32,000 nt of DNA from positions 21,022 to 53,021 of the forward strand of contig JAUNSK010000022.1 in assembly GCA_030539275.1 (NCBI GenBank), in the 5' to 3' direction. Shown in pieces: positions 26,535-32,000 of this stretch (within the stretch, counting starts at the first letter, position 1; each line of letters starts with the position of its first letter). Made by a program: the position numbers and the translations under genes. The notes beneath the pieces were generated by a model, which was not told the origin of the DNA, ran no database searches, and was given only the letters and a program-made list of their open reading frames with translations. The DNA comes from Oscillospiraceae bacterium. GTDB taxonomy: Bacteria > Bacillota > Clostridia > Oscillospirales > Ruminococcaceae.

Positions 26535-28088
26535 ATGGATAATAATGAAACAGAGCAGATAAAAAATGCTCCTGAAAAGAAGAACAGAAAAAGTGGTCAC
26601 AAAAAAGTTAATAAGAGAAAACTCAGATATGGCAGTGTAGCAGCAGCAATAACTGTTGTATTTGTTGCAGCAGTGGTGCTTATTAATGTCCTGGCTTCCC
26701 AGATGACTACAAGATTCGGACTCAAGATAGATGTAACAGATAAACAGCTGTTTGAAATATCAGATGATACAATTGATTATCTCAAAACACTTGAAGAAGA
26801 AGTTGACATGTCAGTTATGGCATCTGAGGAAGAACTGGACAATGGCGGAATGTATTATAAGCTTGTAAAAGAAATCACACAGAAGTATGCTATAAACAGT
26901 GATAAGATAAAGCTTAACTTCTATGATCCTGAAAAAAATCCTCAGATAGTAAACAAGTATAAAGAACTTTATTCTGATTCCATTCAGGCACAGGATGTTG
27001 TAATCAACTGTGGATCAAGAATAAAAGTTATACCAATGACAGATCTTTATGAGATAGGATATGATCAGTCCGGTCAGCAGAAAATTAAAGCAATAACAGC
27101 AGAAAAGGTACTTACATCTGCTATTATGTTTGTATCAAATCCTAACCCTCCGAAGGTAGCAATACTTAAGGTTTCAAGTGCAGATACAGTTTCAGGTTCT
27201 CTTTCAAAACTCAATACTATATATGAAGCAAACGGTTACGTAGTTGAAACTGTAGATCCTCTTACTGAGGATATTTCAGAGGACTACTCACTGGTAGTTC
27301 TTCCGGCACCTTATAACGATCTTACTCAGACAGTAATCGACAAGCTCGACGCATACCTTTACAACAACGGTGATCTTGGCAAAAACCTGTTCTATATGGC
27401 AAGCTTTGAACAGAGAGAAACACCAAATCTTGATGCGTTTATAGAGGAATGGGGAATAAGTGTTGATCCGGGATATGTAAAGAGCAGTGACAGTAAAAAA
27501 TCTGTAAATGTTCCGATCGCCGGACTTGGCAACTATTTTTCTTCACCACTCGGACAGATAGAATCAGTAAATGATGATAATGATAAGGAAATCAAGTTAG
27601 TAAACAAAACTGATGTACCGCTTGTTGTTCCGTTCTCAAGACCTCTGACAGCGCTGTTTGATACAGATTCAGACAGAGAAACACATGTACTCGTATCTGT
27701 TCCGGAGTCAGAAGTTGTAAATGAGAATAATGAAGTAGTCGATGACCAGCAGACATCACATAATGCTGTTGTTGTAGGCAGCAAGCATGTATATAAGGAC
27801 AGCAGTAAATTATCAAGTAATGTTATTGTAAGCGGCACAACATATATGTTTGACTATGCTATTACAAGTGTTAATGAAGTAAACAATCAGGAGCTTCTGA
27901 TAAATATTTCAAATCATTACTCAGGCAAAGACGAAGGAATTACTATTCTTTCAAAGAGCCTTGAACTGGATTCAATAAATATCAGCGACGCTCAGGCATC
28001 AGCAATCAAGTATGTCGTTATTGTTGTACTTCCTGTATTGATAATTGCGATTGGCTGTGTTGTATTTATAAGGAGAAAGAATAGATGA
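26535..28088 (+). CDS. GldG-like ABC transporter auxiliary protein (ABC_transp_aux family topology)
   Basis: 517 aa from ATG 26535 (RBS AGGAGGAG at 26522-26529; the track's TTG 26514 is less likely). TM helices at both ends (AAAITVVFVAAVVLINVLA; YVVIVVLPVLIIAIGCVVFI) flank a large extracytoplasmic domain. It follows the ABC-2 permease. Confidence 0.68.
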   Translation: MDNNETEQIKNAPEKKNRKSGHKKVNKRKLRYGSVAAAITVVFVAAVVLINVLASQMTTRFGLKIDVTDKQLFEISDDTIDYLKTLEEEVDMSVMASEEELDNGGMYYKLVKEITQKYAINSDKIKLNFYDPEKNPQIVNKYKELYSDSIQAQDVVINCGSRIKVIPMTDLYEIGYDQSGQQKIKAITAEKVLTSAIMFVSNPNPPKVAILKVSSADTVSGSLSKLNTIYEANGYVVETVDPLTEDISEDYSLVVLPAPYNDLTQTVIDKLDAYLYNNGDLGKNLFYMASFEQRETPNLDAFIEEWGISVDPGYVKSSDSKKSVNVPIAGLGNYFSSPLGQIESVNDDNDKEIKLVNKTDVPLVVPFSRPLTALFDTDSDRETHVLVSVPESEVVNENNEVVDDQQTSHNAVVVGSKHVYKDSSKLSSNVIVSGTTYMFDYAITSVNEVNNQELLINISNHYSGKDEGITILSKSLELDSINISDAQASAIKYVVIVVLPVLIIAIGCVVFIRRKNR

Positions 28089-29617
28089 GCAAGTCTTTAA
28101 AGAGTCTGTTGATAGGTATCGGCGTGCTTGTTGTACTTGGCGGTGCAATTGCAGCGCTTAAGCTTACCGAACCAGGAAGCGGGAAAGAGTCCTCAGATTC
28201 AAGCTCTGTTTCAAGTCAGACAGTACAAGAGGACAGTCTTTCACTATTTAATTTTGATTATAATGATATAGATACTATTACAGTGGATAATTCTAATGGC
28301 GGCTATACTATAAAAAGAACCCACAGGGGAGAAGATCAGACTGCAGTGTCACAGACATCGGACACTGCAGATTCTGAGTCAGATACAGAAGATAAAACTA
28401 CATTTACTGTTGACGGACTTGAGAGCTTTAAACTGAATGATTCAGTAATTGCAACACTTCCTGCAAATCTTGCATCTCAGAATGCAGTCAAGGTAATAGA
28501 AGAAAATTCACAGGATACAGCACAGTACGGACTGGATAAACCACAGGCTACAGCAGTTATAAAAACTGATGGTGCAAGTGAAGGTTCAGTAACAATAAGC
28601 ATAGGCGATGAAACACCAACGAGCGGCAATGTTTATGTTATGCTCGATAATAATAAAAAAATATATTCTGTTTCAAACTCCGTACTTAATCTGCTTACAT
28701 ACGGCAGGGAATACTTTATTTCACTGACACTGATCGAAAAACCGGCAAGTGAAGATGATTATCCGATAATAGAAAATCTTTCAGTCAGCAGACCTGATCT
28801 GGAAAATGATATAGTACTTCAGTATGATGAAAAATCTGCTGACAGCAGTCAAAAAGGCGGAACCGCTGCAACTCACGTAATGGTATCACCTGTTGAAGCT
28901 TATCTTGATGTATCAAAGTCTACATCGTATACACATGGGTTGTTCGGACTTACCGCAAGTTCAGTTCTCAGTCTGTCTCCGACACAGGAGGAATTGGATT
29001 TTGCAGGCATAAATGAACCACTTTGTACGGTAACGATGCAGCTCGAGAATGGCGGATCAAAAACATTCCGCATAGGTAAAGAATTTACAACAGGATCATC
29101 CAAGAGCTATGCAGGATATATGGAAGGAACAAATGTACTGTATCAGTTTTCAGCTGACAGTGTACCATGGCTTACAATGAAACCTGAGGATATAATGTCA
29201 TCAATCATTTTCGGATCATATATTTATGATATAAGATCTCTTACAGTAAAAGATGATAATAAGACACTTGCTTTTGAAGGAAACGGAACCAGTGCTGATG
29301 ACTACAAGGTAACTCTTAACGGAAAAGAATTTGATTTCTCGAGATTCAGAGATTTCTATCAGGCACTCATAGCAGCACCGGCAGAGTCAATTGAACTTTC
29401 CGATGAGGGTGCAGGAAAACTTCTGGTATCGGTTATAATGACAGAAGATAACGGTACGCAAACACAAGTTGATTTCTATGAAGCAGAAAACAGAAATGTA
29501 TTGATCAAGAAAAATGGTAAAGCGTGCTTCAAAGCCAGAGCTTCATTTGTAAACAAGTCACTTATTCCTAATATTGACCTGGCAGAAGGAACAGACAAAT
29601 TTATAACTACCTGGTAA
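28085..29617 (+). CDS. N-terminally anchored extracytoplasmic protein, DUF4340-like by context
   Basis: 510 aa. Single N-terminal TM helix LLIGIGVLVVLGGAIAALKL, followed by S/D/T-rich acidic linkers. The ATGA overlap with the preceding gene indicates coupling. The family call rests on synteny with GldG-like genes, not on a motif. Confidence 0.5.
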   Translation: MSKSLKSLLIGIGVLVVLGGAIAALKLTEPGSGKESSDSSSVSSQTVQEDSLSLFNFDYNDIDTITVDNSNGGYTIKRTHRGEDQTAVSQTSDTADSESDTEDKTTFTVDGLESFKLNDSVIATLPANLASQNAVKVIEENSQDTAQYGLDKPQATAVIKTDGASEGSVTISIGDETPTSGNVYVMLDNNKKIYSVSNSVLNLLTYGREYFISLTLIEKPASEDDYPIIENLSVSRPDLENDIVLQYDEKSADSSQKGGTAATHVMVSPVEAYLDVSKSTSYTHGLFGLTASSVLSLSPTQEELDFAGINEPLCTVTMQLENGGSKTFRIGKEFTTGSSKSYAGYMEGTNVLYQFSADSVPWLTMKPEDIMSSIIFGSYIYDIRSLTVKDDNKTLAFEGNGTSADDYKVTLNGKEFDFSRFRDFYQALIAAPAESIELSDEGAGKLLVSVIMTEDNGTQTQVDFYEAENRNVLIKKNGKACFKARASFVNKSLIPNIDLAEGTDKFITTW

Positions 29618-29712
29618 TTAATAGAAAATAAAGAGAAAAGCAAGCATACAAAAATATAATGTCGAATAAAGTTCCTAATTTAAAACATTATAAAAAAATA
29701 TATTTGTGCGAC

Positions 29713-29741
29713 TTGCTAATTTACTTTGTTTATGATATAAT
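29713..29741 (+). promoter_or_regulatory. sigma-A type promoter with extended -10
   Basis: TTGCTA (29713-29718), 17-nt spacer, TGaTATAAT (29733-29741). Confidence 0.6.
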
Positions 29742-29785
29742 AGAGTGCAGACGATATGATGAGACCGAAAGGAGAAAATAGTTTT

Positions 29786-30097
29786 ATGAATGAAACAAAA
29801 CAGGAGAAAATAAGATTTTTTACGTACAAAGGATTACAGCTGGTAAGATGCGGCAATGTTCTTTACTACGGAAATATGACTGATGAGTACGTGACAATGA
29901 TACAGATACAGTCCACTCAGAGAGTCGGAAATCTTGATGTTGCAGATAAAGTGAAAGTTTATCTTATGTCAACAGATGAGTCTCTAAATCCTACTGATGC
30001 TATAAAAAAGACAAGTGAAAAGAACGGATTATATGAGGCACTTGATCTTGCCAGCGCATGGCTCGAAAGAGCTGAACGTGAAAGCGCAGGCAGATAA
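29786..30097 (+). CDS. hypothetical soluble protein (103 aa)
   Basis: ORF with its own promoter and terminator. I prefer ATG 29786 (MNETKQEK...), which follows AAAGGAG at 29768-29774; the alternative is ATG 29756. I recognise no motif. Confidence 0.6.
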   Translation: MNETKQEKIRFFTYKGLQLVRCGNVLYYGNMTDEYVTMIQIQSTQRVGNLDVADKVKVYLMSTDESLNPTDAIKKTSEKNGLYEALDLASAWLERAERESAGR

Positions 30098-30116
30098 TTC
30101 TCCGGATGTTATGAAA

Positions 30117-30164
30117 CATCATGTATTATATGGGTCACTGTATAATGCATGATGTTTTTTGTTT
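30117..30164 (+). terminator. intrinsic terminator
   Basis: 14-bp AT-rich stem catcatgtattata / tataatgcatgatg (one G-U pair), 10-nt loop, then ttttttgttt. Confidence 0.6.
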
Positions 30165-30401
30165 ATATATAAATTATAGGCTTTGGTGTTCGACGGCACA
30201 AATAAAGCTGGTTTTTGTATGTATATTTATGAGGACAAAGTCCAGGAAGATCATGATTTTGAGTGGATTAAAAAATCTTTACTGTGCAGTATACATTGAA
30301 TACGTATACTTCGCTGAAAAGATGATTCTAAATATTCTGCATCTGTATTTTCAGAAGTACCCTGATGATTATTTCTGGTCAGATAATGACTGGTATTATA
30401 C

Positions 30402-30441
30402 AAAAAACAAGCGCCCTGAACTCGTCAGGGCGCTTATTTTA
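30402..30441. terminator. bidirectional intrinsic terminator, best placed to terminate the minus-strand tRNA-Thr locus
   Basis: 11-bp GC-rich stem aagcgccctga (30409-30419) / tcagggcgctt (30425-30435), loop actcg. The minus strand continues GTTTTTTGT and the plus strand continues ATTTTAC. Confidence 0.75.
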
Positions 30442-30468
30442 CACTAATTGAATGTATTGAAACATTGA

Positions 30469-30511
30469 AGCTGTTTAGCAGATTCGAACTGCCGACCTCT
30501 TCCTTACCAAG
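30469..30511 (-). pseudogene. truncated tRNA-Thr(GGU): anticodon loop through acceptor 3' strand only
   Basis: The minus strand reads TTGGTAA-GGAAG-AGGTC-GGCAG-TTCGAAT-CTGCT-AAACAGC-T. That is a canonical anticodon loop (anticodon GGT), variable loop, T-arm and acceptor 3' strand. GAGGTCGGCAGTTCGAATCTGC matches the E. coli tRNA-Thr(GGU) sequence as I recall it. The 5' anticodon-stem strand is wrong (AATTC where CTTCC is needed), and no GCTGTTT acceptor 5' strand is in place. Confidence 0.6.
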
Positions 30512-30746
30512 AATTAACCCTGTTGATTAACATACCTTATTATTAATTATTAAATCTCTATTAACCACTGATAAAATCAGGGTTCGTAACGTTTTAGAGA
30601 CTCTAAGCTTAAAAATACGTTGTTGCATGAAAAATAGTAATTGTAGTGCATTGAACAGTCTATCGTATATTAATAAGTATTCAAGAAGATTCTTTGTATG
30701 TTATTCTAAGTTTTTTATATCCTTTTTATGATAAAATAGTTATTTA

Positions 30747-30775
30747 TTGATTTATTTATTACAATATGGTAAAAT
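30747..30775 (+). promoter_or_regulatory. sigma-A type promoter with extended -10 for the dockerin/transglutaminase-like gene
   Basis: TTGATT (30747-30752), 17-nt spacer, TGgTAAAAT (30767-30775). Confidence 0.5.
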
Positions 30776-30845
30776 GTATATTATATTTATTTTACTATGA
30801 AAGGAAACAAAACAATGAATAATCAAAAATTACGTATAAGTGAAT

Positions 30846-32000
30846 ATGTTTAAAAGGCGTAATAAAAATCACTTAAACTTTAAAAAAGCAATAGGACTGC
30901 TTACCGCAGCAGCGATTCTATTCAGCTCTTACGGAGAATTATCAAAGACAATTCTTGATGAAATTATAGTATCCGCCGATGAAATCACTATGACCGGTGA
31001 TATTAATAAGGATGGAAATATTAATGTTTATGATCTTATCAGAGCTAAAAGTGATATAATTAATAATACAGATGAGATGATGCCTTCATCTGATGTTAAT
31101 GCAGATGGTGTTTTTAATAACAAAGACGTATATGAGATGGAAGACTATCTGTTAAACGCAACAAAGGGTTTTTCAGGGGATATAAAGAAAGCTTTTGCCG
31201 ATATAGACAGAACGATAGTTACAGATGAAAATACTAACACTGAACTTCAGATGACTGCTGAAATGGCTGATCTTGCAGATAATTTAAAAACACCTCTTGA
31301 AGTATACAGATATGTACTTAATAATGTTAATACAGAATTTTACTATGGTTCAAGAAAAGGTGCAGTCGGAACTTATGAACAAAATGGTGGAAACGACTAT
31401 GATCAGACAAGTCTTCTGATTGCAATGCTAAGGTATCTGGGGTATGAAGCATGCTATGCAATTGCTGATATAAAACTTACAGATTATGACCTGTGTAATA
31501 TTGTTGCTACACCAAATGCTGAAGCTGCAAAAAAAATTTTTACATCTCAAGGAAGAAAGCTTTTAGAAAATACTGACGGAAGCTATACAACAGAGCAGAT
31601 TTTCGCATTTCTGACTTTAGATGACAAGAAATATCCGTTAGATACAAGCTTTAAATATTACGCTCCTAATGAAAATCAGATAGATATTGAGCAGACTGCA
31701 AAGGATCTTGGACTATATGATGATAATATTGACCTATATGCAGATTACTCTGTTGATATAAAAAGTACTGATATTTTTCCTGTAACAAAGATCATTGATC
31801 AGGGAATAAATACGCTGCCTGAAACAGTGCCGTATAGTATAGCAGGAGAGAATATTTATTTGTCTGAGGAGATAGAAACTGAAAACAGTGATATAATTGA
31901 GATAGATTTTAACGGATTAAAAATATCGTTTACATCTGCTAATCTATATAATAAAAATCTAACAATTGAGTATGAGCTTACTGAAGAATCAAAATTCGAT
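30846..32000 (+). CDS. secreted protein with N-terminal dockerin and transglutaminase-like core, 3' end beyond the window (not in the ORF track)
   Basis: The frame is open from ATG 30846 to the window end (385 codons, translated by hand). Signal peptide MFKRRNKNHLNFKKAIGLLTAAAILFSS. Dockerin repeats GDINKDGNINVYDLIRA and SDVNADGVFNNKDVYEMEDYLL. Transglutaminase-core-like pattern EVYRYVLNNV..FYYGSRKGAVGTYEQNGGNDYDQTSLLIAMLRYLGYEACY. Confidence 0.8.
   Translation, partial: MFKRRNKNHLNFKKAIGLLTAAAILFSSYGELSKTILDEIIVSADEITMTGDINKDGNINVYDLIRAKSDIINNTDEMMPSSDVNADGVFNNKDVYEMEDYLLNATKGFSGDIKKAFADIDRTIVTDENTNTELQMTAEMADLADNLKTPLEVYRYVLNNVNTEFYYGSRKGAVGTYEQNGGNDYDQTSLLIAMLRYLGYEACYAIADIKLTDYDLCNIVATPNAEAAKKIFTSQGRKLLENTDGSYTTEQIFAFLTLDDKKYPLDTSFKYYAPNENQIDIEQTAKDLGLYDDNIDLYADYSVDIKSTDIFPVTKIIDQGINTLPETVPYSIAGENIYLSEEIETENSDIIEIDFNGLKISFTSANLYNKNLTIEYELTEESKFD
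30996..31154 (+). other. N-terminal dockerin module
   Basis: Two Ca-binding repeats, DINKDGNINVYD and DVNADGVFNNKD, each followed by a helix. Confidence 0.75.

Noticed and set aside
30121-30447. 108-aa ORF from the track
   Set aside because: Its start lies within the stem of the 30117-30164 terminator, and the ORF runs through the 30409-30435 terminator hairpin. Its stop lies after the U-tract, so a terminated transcript would lack a stop codon. Its internal ATGs have no good RBS, and it has a Y/I/F-rich composition typical of AT-rich non-coding DNA. I cannot exclude a decayed gene remnant.
30440-30620. An intact tRNA, tmRNA or intron-containing tRNA on the minus strand
   Set aside because: I tried to fold a cloverleaf. 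The T-arm, variable loop and anticodon loop are fine. However, the anticodon stem 5' strand does not pair (AATTC against GGAAG), the D-arm-like sequence is about 45 nt too far away and lacks a 4-bp stem, and no proper acceptor 5' strand exists. The 45-nt insert is far too short for a group I intron. There is no tmRNA-like tag or pseudoknot region.
1-32000. CRISPR arrays, IS elements, integrases, restriction-modification or other defence genes, rRNA
   Set aside because: I saw no regularly spaced direct repeats, no transposase or integrase motifs in any listed or hand-translated ORF, and no rRNA-like conserved segments. The only mobile-element hint is the tRNA-Thr remnant reported in the findings.

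Overview
This window looks like chromosomal DNA from a low-GC Clostridia genome. Two dockerin-bearing ORFs suggest a cellulosome-producing, Ruminococcus-like organism, but that is inference only. Most of the window is core genes. In order: (1) the 3' end of a type II fatty-acid synthesis cluster, fabF'-accB-fabZ-accC-accD-accA-acpP (1-5127). (2) A stand-alone 53-aa membrane sORF that is absent from the ORF track. (3) A minus-strand yabP-yabQ-divIC-yabR cluster (5834-7444). (4) A secreted CBM-dockerin-SGNH esterase convergent with a GH94 cellobiose phosphorylase (7738-12140). (5) A tightly packed run of about 12 kb, rimP-nusA-ylxR-ylxQ-infB-rbfA-nrnA-truB-ribF-gltX-metG (12471-24485). (6) A translationally coupled four-gene module with a GldA-like ABC ATPase, an ABC-2 permease, a GldG-like protein and a DUF4340-like protein (24653-29617). 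Its function is unknown. (7) An orphan 103-aa gene. (8) A truncated tRNA-Thr(GGU) gene with its own terminator (30402-30511). (9) An AT-rich segment with an open-ended ORF (30846-32000+), also absent from the track, that encodes an N-terminal dockerin and a transglutaminase-like core. I saw no CRISPR array, rRNA, intact tRNA, transposase, integrase or recognisable defence genes. The most interesting loci are the uncharacterised ABC/GldG/DUF4340 module and the tRNA-Thr remnant, which may mark the edge of an integrated element. Several sigma-A-type promoters with extended -10 boxes (TGnTATAAT) and intrinsic terminators can be read directly. All homology calls come from motif recognition by eye. 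No searches were run.
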